DNA of 64,000 bases from Candidatus Binatia bacterium. GTDB taxonomy: Bacteria; Desulfobacterota; Binatia; Bin18. A model generated the notes under the pieces. The model saw nothing but the letters and a program-made list of their open reading frames with translations, had not been told where the DNA came from and did no database searches. Each line of letters opens with the position of its first letter. The stretch's first letter is position 1. The position numbers and the translations under genes were made by a program. This document shows, piece by piece, positions 39,258-48,507 of the stretch. The stretch lies in contig JBFWXH010000027.1 of the NCBI GenBank assembly GCA_050187625.1, positions 4,828-68,827 of the forward strand, written 5' to 3'.

Positions 39258-40487
39258 CTACGGTTGCGTTGTAGGCTGCGCGCTCTCACCCAGGAGGCGT
39301 GTGATCTGCAAACCGCCAATTGTCTGACTCAGCGAGTAGCGCCCCGGGAAAAATGGGTTGCGATCTGCACTCACACGACGAGTCTCCACATACGAATAGC
39401 CCAGCATAATGCCAATGCGCCAGGCTCCGCGACGGATCGTCACCCCTCCAGCCGGTGCAAAGTACTCGGTCAGATCAGGTAAATTGGGCGACAAGGAATT
39501 CGCTTTGATCGCCCATTGTTCCCAGGAAAACCCCAACTGGCCGGTCACTCCAGGGAAAAGCACATACTGGATTCCAGCCCCGAGACGCAAACGATCCCGT
39601 GCGTCATTCGCCGCTGGACGATTGAGAAACCGCCGTTCATCAAATTCAAGACGGGTATCCTCAAACACCGAGAACTCTGCCCACCGCCCTTGAACGGTAA
39701 ACGTTAAACGAGAGGTGGCCTTATAGGCCATCCCCAAAGTAATAGTCTGAGGGAGTTGAAACTTGACGTAGGCATCATCCCCACGCCCAGCCACACGGGC
39801 ATTCCCAAACATAAAGATCGATCCGGGGGTTTTATATGCAACGCCGATGTTTAATTTTGAGGTTGGCGAGTACAGCACCCCTAGGGTGCCAAACACGCCA
39901 GGCCCACGGACATCAACGTCGATCTTGCCAACGGGAGACGGGGTCTTAAACTTGAGGCGTCCGTACGAAGGGTTGATCTCAAATCCGAAGTGGAGGTTTG
40001 GCTTCAGCGAATACGCGATGGCTGGAGCGAGTGAAATAATGGCCAGTTCCGTAAAGAATTTGTCCGGCACTCCCCGCGCGGGATCAGCGTCATGATTGTA
40101 GGTGAACCCGAGTGCACCATACATACCAACACCGACGTGCCACGGAGCCCAACGATCAGTTTTGTAGCCGAAACTCGGCGATACTGGGAGTTCACGGCTA
40201 GTGCTATCATAACCAAGTGGATTAGCGTAGCGCGGGTGATATCGAACAGCTAGAGTCCCCATCGACACCGCGTTTGGCAGCAAGGTCAATTGCGCTGGAT
40301 TATGGAAGAGCGCCGAGACCGGATTCAGCGGGAGCGCGACAACATTCGCGCCAAGAGCAGCCCCCTCCGCCTCTGCGGCGGGAAGAAGCAGTTGGCCGCA
40401 TTGCCCGTGAGAAGGCCACAGCAGAAACCACATGCTTATGAGCACCGATAACCACAACTTCCACCTGTCTCCTTGGCTCTGTCGCAT
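39258..40487 (-). CDS. OmpP1/FadL-family outer-membrane transporter
   Basis: Signal peptide; plug motif ALGANVVA...SALFHNPAQL; amphipathic beta strands; LPQTITLG. Confidence 0.8.
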   Translation of the reverse strand: MRQSQGDRWKLWLSVLISMWFLLWPSHGQCGQLLLPAAEAEGAALGANVVALPLNPVSALFHNPAQLTLLPNAVSMGTLAVRYHPRYANPLGYDSTSRELPVSPSFGYKTDRWAPWHVGVGMYGALGFTYNHDADPARGVPDKFFTELAIISLAPAIAYSLKPNLHFGFEINPSYGRLKFKTPSPVGKIDVDVRGPGVFGTLGVLYSPTSKLNIGVAYKTPGSIFMFGNARVAGRGDDAYVKFQLPQTITLGMAYKATSRLTFTVQGRWAEFSVFEDTRLEFDERRFLNRPAANDARDRLRLGAGIQYVLFPGVTGQLGFSWEQWAIKANSLSPNLPDLTEYFAPAGGVTIRRGAWRIGIMLGYSYVETRRVSADRNPFFPGRYSLSQTIGGLQITRLLGESAQPTTQP

Positions 40488-40702
40488 CGATTCCTGCTCT
40501 CCTCTCTCATAGGATATGGGGAAAAATTCCAGGCACCATAACTGATCTGCTTCTGAGGAGAAAGTAAGGGGAAGCGAACCTTCCCTTCCTTGTAGGATTT
40601 CCTTCGGCATTCACCGCGCAGCACCCCCCTCCTCCGTCACGCTTCACTCTTCTTTGCATTGTGGTACAGTGCCGCGCAGCACGCACGAAGGAGGACCGTA
40701 CA

Positions 40703-41209
40703 ATGGCAGTCAAATCAGGTTGGGAAGGTCGTTTTTATGAAGATTTTGCGGTCGGTGACATCTACCGGTGCCGCCTCGGTCGAACCGTCACAGAGAACGA
40801 TAATATTTGGTTTACCCTGTTGACCTGCAATACCAACCAGATCCACTTCAATAACGAATACGGCAAGCAGACAGAATTTGGCCAGTGCCTCATTAATAGC
40901 GCACTTACCCTTTCGATCATTGCCGGTCTAGGGGTCGCCGATGTCAGCGAAAATGGGTTCAATTTGGGGTGGGATAACGTCACCTTACCCAACCCCGTAT
41001 TCGCTGGCGACACTCTCTACTCAGAATCGGAAGTGTTAGAGTTACGCGAATCAAAGTCGAGACCGCAGTGGGGAATCGTAAAAATCCAAACACGAGGGTA
41101 CAAACAAGACGGGACACTGGTGTGTCAGTACCTGCGCAACGTCATGGTGTGGAAGAAAGCCCACGCCCCGAATCGTAATTTATTTCCGGAACCAAAGACC
41201 ACAAAATAA
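40703..41209 (+). CDS. MaoC-family dehydratase
   Basis: Motifs GRFYEDF.VG, GRTVTENDN, NQIHFN and PVFAGDTL; AGGAGG RBS. Confidence 0.9.
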   Translation: MAVKSGWEGRFYEDFAVGDIYRCRLGRTVTENDNIWFTLLTCNTNQIHFNNEYGKQTEFGQCLINSALTLSIIAGLGVADVSENGFNLGWDNVTLPNPVFAGDTLYSESEVLELRESKSRPQWGIVKIQTRGYKQDGTLVCQYLRNVMVWKKAHAPNRNLFPEPKTTK

Positions 41210-41358
41210 TAGCGCTCTTCGATTGCACCGCTCATAATGTGACGCTCAGCATGCAGCGAGCATGTGGCAAGTGTCCCTGCCGGCTGAGCGTCGCGCAGAT
41301 GTACTCAACGCATAGAGATTAGCAGAAGCGGACAGAAGGAGTGGGGTCCGCAATATCT

Positions 41359-42063
41359 CTACTCTACAGGCCGTTCATTCTTCCCCACCGGCGCCGGGGC
41401 AATATATCCGGCTGGTCGTCGAAACGGCGTTCCGTGACGATTCTTCCACGTTACTTGCTCCACCGGTTCTCGTGAAACGGGACCAAATTTCCCCATTGGG
41501 TATCCAATAGTAATGAGACCATATGTCGTGATCGAATCTGGTAAGTCGAGAATCTTCCGGACCTCGTCTTCATACTGACAGGTCACACCGGTCAACGTCG
41601 CACCGAGCCCCAACGCACGACAGGCGAGCAAGATATTCTGCATGGCGGGAAACACACTCCCCCCAAGCAGGCGGGCAAAATCGATTGCATTGGGACCAGC
41701 AAGGCGCTGCGCGTGAAGCCTCCGCTTACGCAGGCAAGCAAAGAGCATGACGGGCACCTCGGCCATGTGATCGGCAAGGTACCGAGCCGCCCGCATATTG
41801 CCATCCATTTTGGCACCGGCATCAAGATAGTTCTTCTCTGCGATATTCCATCCACGTTGATAAATCTTCGCAATCTGACTCCGGATCTCCGGGTCCGTTA
41901 CCACGATAAACCGCCAGGCTTGCACTCCGCCACCACTCGGGGCCCGAATGGCAGCATCAAGAATTTGATAGATCAGCTCCTCAGGAACCGGATCAGGTTT
42001 GAGTCGCCGCATGCTGCGGCAGGTATACATAATGTGAAAGAGATCGGTGTTGTTATCCGTCAT
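41359..42063 (-). CDS. Nitroreductase-family protein
   Basis: Motifs RSMRRLKPDPVP, AIRAPSGG..QAWRFIVV and QNILLACRALGLG. Confidence 0.92.
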   Translation of the reverse strand: MTDNNTDLFHIMYTCRSMRRLKPDPVPEELIYQILDAAIRAPSGGGVQAWRFIVVTDPEIRSQIAKIYQRGWNIAEKNYLDAGAKMDGNMRAARYLADHMAEVPVMLFACLRKRRLHAQRLAGPNAIDFARLLGGSVFPAMQNILLACRALGLGATLTGVTCQYEDEVRKILDLPDSITTYGLITIGYPMGKFGPVSREPVEQVTWKNRHGTPFRRPAGYIAPAPVGKNERPVE

Positions 42064-42072
42064 AGAAAACAG

Positions 42073-42456
42073 CTACTCCTTTGAGGGATCAATAGTTTTT
42101 CCTGCTTCGGCATCCCTTAATATGCTGTCCAAAACGTCATCAGCAGCGCGTGCCGACGCTCGTGCCGCAGTATAGAGATCCGAGAGGAACGAATAGGAAA
42201 CCTGGGGCTCTGGATAGGTCACCATATTGAGGCTGGCCGTTACAGTTTCAATCGTTCGACCTTGTCGGTTTAACAAAGAAACAACGAAGAAAGTTGTCTC
42301 GTCTACCGGATCAAGTCGACTTTCGATGCGTACTAGTCCTGCCCCAAAAACGACACGGAACGCATCTTCATCCACTGTTTCATGCCATTTGATTTTCCCT
42401 GCGCGTGTTCCCTCTAGAAGAACATTGAGAAGCTGAAGAAATTTTTCATTTATCAT
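42073..42456 (-). CDS. Hypothetical protein
   Basis: 127-aa globular-looking ORF; its ATG overlaps the end of the upstream gene; GGAG RBS. Confidence 0.6.
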   Translation of the reverse strand: MINEKFLQLLNVLLEGTRAGKIKWHETVDEDAFRVVFGAGLVRIESRLDPVDETTFFVVSLLNRQGRTIETVTASLNMVTYPEPQVSYSFLSDLYTAARASARAADDVLDSILRDAEAGKTIDPSKE

Positions 42457-42985
42457 GAGGAATCTCCAGAGCTGCACCTTTCAAGCGACCATCCAGACGG
42501 CCAAGAAAAGCAGCCAGGTCATCTAGCGCATTTCTCATCTTAATTGAAAGAGGAGAAGACTTTTCTCCTTTCTCTTTTTCTTCGAGTCGGCGAAGAATAG
42601 ATTTTAGATCATCCAGCGTGGCAGTTATAGAATTGCTTTCTTCTAGTCTAAGAGCTGGACTCTCCGCAATTGATGCGACAAGAATCCGTAATTGCCCGCA
42701 CCGATCAATCGCTCTTCCCCATTGCTCTGACCTACAAGCCTCGGCCAAATCTGTTGCTAATCGAAGCCCGTCAGAAACTTGCCCCACGAGCAGACCCGAG
42801 GTTACGCGGTCTAGGGCTGCCTTTGCAAGTTGGCGTGCTTGTTCAGCCGCTTTCCGTGTCCGTATTACTTGCCAGAGGGTCAGCACGAAACCGAACAGAG
42901 TCAGCACTGTCCCAAGAACGCTCGCCCGATCTCCATACTGGGTCGCAAAAGCCGAAAACCATGAAAACAGATCCGACCAAGACAC
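42446..42985 (-). CDS. Hypothetical membrane-anchored helical protein
   Basis: One N-terminal TM segment (ASVLGTVLTLFGFVLTLWQV) followed by a coiled/helical domain. Confidence 0.65.
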   Translation of the reverse strand: MSWSDLFSWFSAFATQYGDRASVLGTVLTLFGFVLTLWQVIRTRKAAEQARQLAKAALDRVTSGLLVGQVSDGLRLATDLAEACRSEQWGRAIDRCGQLRILVASIAESPALRLEESNSITATLDDLKSILRRLEEKEKGEKSSPLSIKMRNALDDLAAFLGRLDGRLKGAALEIPHDK

Positions 42986-43041
42986 AGAAGGCCGCCTTAC
43001 GCCACTCTACTTCACTACACAAACTCTCGAAGATTGTCGCG

Positions 43042-43761
43042 CTACTTCACCTTGTACTGTACCAATTCCGTCACACTTTTGATCGGGGTCCCCTCACCCT
43101 CGTCGCTGATCGCTTTGACCAAGCCAACACCTTTTGCATACCACTCGATGTGACGTAGGTTGTAGCTCTTCTCCCTTTTATAGACATCAACAAAGTCATT
43201 CTTCGTCGAGGTCTCGACCCGTAAACAGTCAGCAAAAATCCCTGCTGGGACTCGGACCTCGTCAGGCTCAATCGTTGCCTTAGCAAAAGCGGACATGTGC
43301 TGCTTTCCATCTGACGACCAGGCGTTCGTATGAAACCCTAACTTCCAGGTAGCATTGCCATTGTACGGACTCGGCAGCACCTGTTCAGTCCCCTGACCAA
43401 TCTGGGTATCCCAGATCTTCCGACCGTCCGAGTCAAGCCACGGATAGCGATGCCAAAAACCATCTTTACGGAAATACGCGACGGTACTTTTTGCTTCCGG
43501 AGCGGTGGTCGTGAGCGGTTCGTACTCTTCTGCCACGACATACGACTTTCCTCCAGATAGCTGATGATCGTCCGCAATCACCGTCTCGGTCATGTAATAG
43601 ATATAGTCTCCGCCGGAGAACACAACCAAATGTTTCCAGCTGTTCTCTTTGGCTAACGGGAAAAACTCCGTCCCCGCCATCGGCTCCCGCAACATCAGAA
43701 CCAGGGCAACCACTCCCCCCACGAGAAGGCTAAGACAGGAAGCAACGAGAGTTTTCGACAT
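43042..43761 (-). CDS. Hypothetical exported beta-rich protein (DUF3108/TapB-like)
   Basis: N-terminal TM/signal; motifs FFPLAKENSW, VRVPAGIF.DCLRV and WYAKGVGLVK. Confidence 0.75.
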   Translation of the reverse strand: MSKTLVASCLSLLVGGVVALVLMLREPMAGTEFFPLAKENSWKHLVVFSGGDYIYYMTETVIADDHQLSGGKSYVVAEEYEPLTTTAPEAKSTVAYFRKDGFWHRYPWLDSDGRKIWDTQIGQGTEQVLPSPYNGNATWKLGFHTNAWSSDGKQHMSAFAKATIEPDEVRVPAGIFADCLRVETSTKNDFVDVYKREKSYNLRHIEWYAKGVGLVKAISDEGEGTPIKSVTELVQYKVK

Positions 43762-43897
43762 AGGGAAAGACTATACGTCTCCCTTGCCCTGAGCGCAATC
43801 GTAAAATTTCTTGCTACGGTTCGCGCTTTCCTGCTAGGAAAAGAACACTGCTGCCACCAGGAAACAGACAACCGGAGCTGCTAAAAACCAGCAATGT

Positions 43898-43926
43898 TTT
43901 CACAGATCTCCCTTTCTAGTGTCTTA
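43898..43926 (+). promoter_or_regulatory. Putative ECF-type autoregulatory promoter (leaderless)
   Basis: TCACA(43900)-16 nt-GTCTTA(43921), then an ATG 7 nt later at 43934 with no SD sequence. Confidence 0.35.
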
Positions 43927-43933
43927 TTCGATA

Positions 43934-44512
43934 ATGAACATGAGTGCACCACAACCTTTGCCGCAACGAGTGCCTTTTGCTGAAGTCGTGACGCTCCATC
44001 AACGTGTGATCTACGGCTATCTGCTGCGTTTCACTCGTCAGGTTCCTGACGCCCAAGATTTATTTCAGGAGACCTTTCTTCGTGCACATCGCGCATATGC
44101 TGCGTTGCCGCTCGACGCCGATGTCCGCGCGTGGCTCATGCGTATTGCCAGTAACCTGGCAAAAAACTACGTCCGTGACCGACAGCGACGACAACGTGTA
44201 TTGGTCGAAGAGAAACAAGACGAGACTGGACGAGAATCCTCTGGGGAGAAAAATATGGATACGGAGCATGTCATTATGTCCCGCGAAACCGCGCAGACTT
44301 TGCTCGCCGTCATCGATGCCCTTCCCCGTCATCAACGTACCGCGGTTATTCAACGACAATTTGAAGGGCTCGACTACACCACGATTGCCAGCAATCTCCA
44401 ATGTTCACCGGAGAGCGCACGAGCCCATGTCTATCAAGCATTACGGAAATTACGGCGGGCCCTGAGTGCTGATAGCACTTCGTCGATTCACAATTCCCGC
44501 CAATCGGAGTAA
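43934..44512 (+). CDS. ECF RNA polymerase sigma factor
   Basis: Region 2 DAQDLFQETFLRA and AWLMRIASNLAKN; region 4 LPRHQRTAV..GLDYTTIA...ARAHVYQALRKLR. Confidence 0.92.
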   Translation: MNMSAPQPLPQRVPFAEVVTLHQRVIYGYLLRFTRQVPDAQDLFQETFLRAHRAYAALPLDADVRAWLMRIASNLAKNYVRDRQRRQRVLVEEKQDETGRESSGEKNMDTEHVIMSRETAQTLLAVIDALPRHQRTAVIQRQFEGLDYTTIASNLQCSPESARAHVYQALRKLRRALSADSTSSIHNSRQSE

Positions 44513-44516
44513 CATT

Positions 44517-45485
44517 ATGCACATCACCCGTTCAGATCGGCTTCCGTGTGGATTTTCAGAAAACGCCTTAATCGCTGCCGCACTTGGTGAAGCACCAACC
44601 CACGTGAACCTCCAAGTCCGTACCCATGTCGCCGCTTGTCAGCCATGCACCCTTCTTCTCGAACAATACCGGACCTTACGCGAGCGCCTTGCCTCACTTG
44701 CGGCTCATGACGATCCTGCTCAAGGGTTGCGCGAGGCAAGGCAGAAACTCGACCAACGTTTGCTCGGCGCTTCTCGTCCACGCCTCAACCTCACCGTCTG
44801 GCAGTCTCCCGTGGGCACGATTCGTCTCGGAATGACAGAGAAAGGCGTCGCGCTGGTTGAGTTCGTCAGACCCGCAACCCCTCAATCTTTCCCTCAACAA
44901 CTGGCGCATACTTTTGCGGTTGAAGAAAGCCAGCAGGACCCGTCCGCTCTCATTCCTGCCTTGGAAGCGTATTTCAGCGGACAACGGAACGCCCTGGGAT
45001 GGGTTGTTGACGACTCGCTCATGCGGAGTGATTTCCAGCGTGAGGTATTGCGAGCAACAGCCGCCGTTCCCTACGGCATCGTCGTCACTTACCAGAGCAT
45101 TGCGGAAACAATCGGCCAACCAAAAGCGGTGCGGGCGGTAGCGCAAGCCCTCCGCTATAATCCAATTCCTATCCATATTCCTTGTCATCGGGTGATCGGC
45201 AGCGATGGAACATTAACCGGCTACGCTGGAAACCTTGTTGACATAAAGCAGCAAATTCTTGCCATCGAAGGTATTCCGGTCGTGGAGGTCAGCAAGGGGC
45301 TCGCAATTGCGAAGGAACGCATGTATGTCGGCTGGCGGCGCGAGCGCTCTTTCTGTCTTCCTCGCTGCCCTTCCCTCAAAGAGCAAACGGCTGGGAATAG
45401 AGCTTTTATTCCCTCCGGCACCCGTGCCGAAGAAATGGGCTATACACCATGTGATATTTGCCAACCCACAATGCACAGTTCGTGA
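44517..45485 (+). CDS. Fusion of a zf-HC2 anti-sigma-like domain, an O6-methylguanine-DNA methyltransferase and a C-terminal Ada-type Zn finger
   Basis: C-x25-HVAACQPC; Ogt core FQREV..VPYG..TY..IA..GQPKAVRAV..NP....IPCHRVI; C-terminal CLPRC-x27-CDICQP. GGAG RBS; starts 4 nt after the sigma stop. Confidence 0.88.
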   Translation: MHITRSDRLPCGFSENALIAAALGEAPTHVNLQVRTHVAACQPCTLLLEQYRTLRERLASLAAHDDPAQGLREARQKLDQRLLGASRPRLNLTVWQSPVGTIRLGMTEKGVALVEFVRPATPQSFPQQLAHTFAVEESQQDPSALIPALEAYFSGQRNALGWVVDDSLMRSDFQREVLRATAAVPYGIVVTYQSIAETIGQPKAVRAVAQALRYNPIPIHIPCHRVIGSDGTLTGYAGNLVDIKQQILAIEGIPVVEVSKGLAIAKERMYVGWRRERSFCLPRCPSLKEQTAGNRAFIPSGTRAEEMGYTPCDICQPTMHSS

Positions 45486-45504
45486 AGAACAGAAAGGAGT
45501 CGGT

Positions 45505-45900
45505 ATGGCGGCAGGCATCGACCACACCATCATTACGGTGAATAACTATGCGACAGCGAGTCGTTTCTACGGCTGGCTGCTGCCAAAAATCGGATATACG
45601 GGAGGCGAACACGACTACGGCACCATGAAAGGCTGGATGGGAAACGGCATGAGTTTCTGGATCAAGCAAGCCGATACTCGTTTTGCTGGCGACACCTTTC
45701 ACAAGGATCGGGTCGGACTCTGCGAAATTGCCTTCAAAGGGGAGAGCCGTGCCCAAATCGATGCTCTCGCGACGGAGGTGGAAGCACACGGAGGGCAGAT
45801 TCTTGATCCTCCAAAAGAGTATGACTATGCCCCTGGCTACTATGCGGTGTTTTTTACTGATCCCGATGGGATCAAATTAGAAGTTGTCCACCTCCCCTAA
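45505..45900 (+). CDS. VOC/glyoxalase-family protein
   Basis: Motifs IDHTIITV, GLCEIAF and YYAVFFTDPDGIKLEVV; AGGAG RBS. Confidence 0.9.
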   Translation: MAAGIDHTIITVNNYATASRFYGWLLPKIGYTGGEHDYGTMKGWMGNGMSFWIKQADTRFAGDTFHKDRVGLCEIAFKGESRAQIDALATEVEAHGGQILDPPKEYDYAPGYYAVFFTDPDGIKLEVVHLP

Positions 45901-46019
45901 CCAACGACAAGGCGCACAGCCGTGCGCCCCGGCATTACCGTCAACAGCGGGCCGAGAGCGAGTCTTGTCGTTCTCTGACACCTTGTGAAATTCCGTCTTT
46001 TCAGATACACAGCCCAACC

Positions 46020-46880
46020 ATGAAACTGACGATGAGCACGCCCTCCGTAGTGTTTCTTTTCGGGCTTTTGCTGTTGCCAACCAGCTGCGACCGTTCACAG
46101 CCTCCGGCCTCGCAAACCCCTTCCGAGCAATCTGTACCCGCGATCTCTGCCCCCAAAGATTTGCAAGCTGCGATCGACACCTTAACGCAGGCAGTCGAAA
46201 CCTTAGACACGCCAACGGTCCTCGACGGTTATACCGAAGACTTCCGTAGCGGAACCGGGCGCTCGAAAGAGGACTTACGCGAAGTCCTCGCAAGTTTGCA
46301 AGAAAATAACGTTGCGGTAAAAGTCGAGAGAATTACGCTCGAAGATGTCCAAACCGACAAAGCCACGATGCGGACCCAACTGCGCCTGCGCTACACGGAC
46401 ACCTTTCATGACCTTGGCGAAGGAGAGGTCATTGTCACCGACGTTCTCCGCCATTCCTGGCGGAAAGAAGATAGCAAGTGGAGAATTTATGCAGACGAGC
46501 GGGTATCGACCTATCGCGAAGGCCGCTTCGGAGATGAGTCACCAAACGTGCAACTCGACGTCCCGACAAAAATTCCAGCAGAGACGAACTACGGGGTGAA
46601 AGTCGCGGTCCAGCAAGAAGTGGAGAAGTCCTACCAGGTTATGCTCGGTAACTATCCGGAGGACCCGGAAATCCTCCCTCCACCGGAGATTACGACAGAC
46701 CTTCCTGAAGACGGCATTCTCAACGTCACGCTTGCCCGTAACCTGAAGGGTCTCAGTGAAATGGTCAAAATTACCGTAATCGCTATAGACCCCGATGGCA
46801 GCTGGGTTGGCGCAACGACAATGTCCAAGTTTGTTCCCGGTATCGAGTCAGACGAGCAAGCAGACGAAGCGCAGATCTAA
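46020..46880 (+). CDS. Hypothetical lipoprotein with an NTF2/SnoaL-like domain
   Basis: Lipobox-like LLPTSC; segments YTEDF and WRKEDSKWRI; acidic C-terminal beta domain. Confidence 0.7.
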   Translation: MKLTMSTPSVVFLFGLLLLPTSCDRSQPPASQTPSEQSVPAISAPKDLQAAIDTLTQAVETLDTPTVLDGYTEDFRSGTGRSKEDLREVLASLQENNVAVKVERITLEDVQTDKATMRTQLRLRYTDTFHDLGEGEVIVTDVLRHSWRKEDSKWRIYADERVSTYREGRFGDESPNVQLDVPTKIPAETNYGVKVAVQQEVEKSYQVMLGNYPEDPEILPPPEITTDLPEDGILNVTLARNLKGLSEMVKITVIAIDPDGSWVGATTMSKFVPGIESDEQADEAQI

Positions 46881-46897
46881 CGGTCTCGGGGTGATCC

Positions 46898-47263
46898 ATG
46901 TCCGACCCGCGCCCTCGTTTTTTCAGTCAGGTGTACCGCCTGGTCGCACAGGTGCCAAAAGGGAAGGTCGTCACCTACAGTCAGGTTGCAGCTATGCTCG
47001 GTGCTCCACGAGCTGCTCGCGCGGTTGGTATGGCGCTCCGGTATCTGCCGCAATCGCTCTCACACACAGTCCCGTGGCAACGCGTTATCAATGCTTCTGG
47101 TGCCATTAGTATTCGTGGCGATGTCTTTCGCGTTGAGGAACAGCGCTGGCTGTTGGAAAGTGAAGGCATCGAATTCAACCGCTCGGGGAAAGTCGATCTG
47201 AAAAAATATCGCTGGCAGGGGCCGAAGCGGGTGAAGACGGTACAATGGAAAGCGCAATTATAG
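46898..47263 (+). CDS. atl: Alkyltransferase-like (ATL/YbaZ-type) DNA-binding protein
   Basis: MGMT fold GKVVTYSQVA..ARAVG with PWQRV replacing the catalytic PCHR. Confidence 0.85.
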   Translation: MSDPRPRFFSQVYRLVAQVPKGKVVTYSQVAAMLGAPRAARAVGMALRYLPQSLSHTVPWQRVINASGAISIRGDVFRVEEQRWLLESEGIEFNRSGKVDLKKYRWQGPKRVKTVQWKAQL

Positions 47264-47354
47264 CGATAAAGGAAAAACAGGATAAAGGAAAATGGATAAT
47301 GGATAACGGCGGAAAAACGTGAACATACTCGCTCTTCTTGTTCTCTCTCATCCT

Positions 47355-48431
47355 TTATCCTTTCTCCCTCCACTCCCCCGTCGTGAAAAAGCGCTCGATC
47401 TGTTCATAGTAGGGCTGGATATTGTACCCCCCGGCTTTTAACCATTCATCGTTATAGTAGGTATGAAGATACCGCTCCCCAGGATCGCAAATCAACGTCA
47501 CCACCGAGCCTTTCCGATCTTGGACCTTCATTTCCGCTATCAGCTGAAGGGCACCGAAAAAATTCGTACCGGTGGAGCCACCGCACTTGCGGCCAATCAC
47601 TCGATGCAAGAAACGGATCGCCGCGAAACTCGCAGCATCAGGCACTTTAATCATACGGTCAACAACATCAGGAACGAAGGACGCCTCAACCCGTGGTCGA
47701 CCGATGCCTTCTATCCTCGACCCGGTCTGGCACACGACACTCCGATCCCGTGTCTGGTAAAAGTCGAAATACACAGACTGTTCAGGGTCAACAACACAAA
47801 TGCGCGTCTCAGTCCGACGATAACGAACATAGCGTCCGAGCGTCGCTGAGGTTCCACCAGTACCGGCGCCGCACACGACCCACTCGGGGATCGGATATTC
47901 CTCGGCAGCAAGTTGGCTAAAGATCGACTCAGCAATGTTGTTATTTCCACGCCAGTCCGTAGCACGTTCAGCGTAGGTGAACTGATCCATAAAATGGCCA
48001 CCAGTCTCCTGAGCCAAGCGGTAAGACTCAGCATACATTTGGGCTGGAGTTTCAACCAAGTGACACCGCCCACCGTAAAACTCGATCAAGGCAATCTTTT
48101 CTGGTGACGTCGAGCGTGGCATGACAGCAATAAAAGGCAATCCGAGCAGTTGCGCGAAGTACGCTTCCGATACTGCGGTCGAACCAGAAGAGGCTTCAAC
48201 CACAACGGTGTCGTCACGAATCCAACCGTTACACAGTGCATACAGGAACAATGAACGGGCAAGGCGATGCTTCAAACTGCCGGTCGGGTGGATAGACTCG
48301 TCCTTGAAGTACAGCGTGATGCCGGATGCCGTCGGAATATCAAGGCGTAGTAAATGTGTGTCCGCAGACCGATTGAAATCTGCTTCAATCTTGCGTATTG
48401 CGTCCCCCACCCATGCACGTGTACGTCCCAT
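47355..48431 (-). CDS. PLP-dependent cysteine synthase family protein, Cds1-type (cysteine desulfhydrase-like)
   Basis: Motifs [33 protein letters not shown] and [12 protein letters not shown]. Confidence 0.85.
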   Translation of the reverse strand: MGRTRAWVGDAIRKIEADFNRSADTHLLRLDIPTASGITLYFKDESIHPTGSLKHRLARSLFLYALCNGWIRDDTVVVEASSGSTAVSEAYFAQLLGLPFIAVMPRSTSPEKIALIEFYGGRCHLVETPAQMYAESYRLAQETGGHFMDQFTYAERATDWRGNNNIAESIFSQLAAEEYPIPEWVVCGAGTGGTSATLGRYVRYRRTETRICVVDPEQSVYFDFYQTRDRSVVCQTGSRIEGIGRPRVEASFVPDVVDRMIKVPDAASFAAIRFLHRVIGRKCGGSTGTNFFGALQLIAEMKVQDRKGSVVTLICDPGERYLHTYYNDEWLKAGGYNIQPYYEQIERFFTTGEWREKG

Positions 48432-48507
48432 CTCGTGTATGATCTTCTTCACGAAGAATGTATAAGAATTGACCACTCCCGGGGGGCGACTGATCGCCCC
48501 CCGCAGA

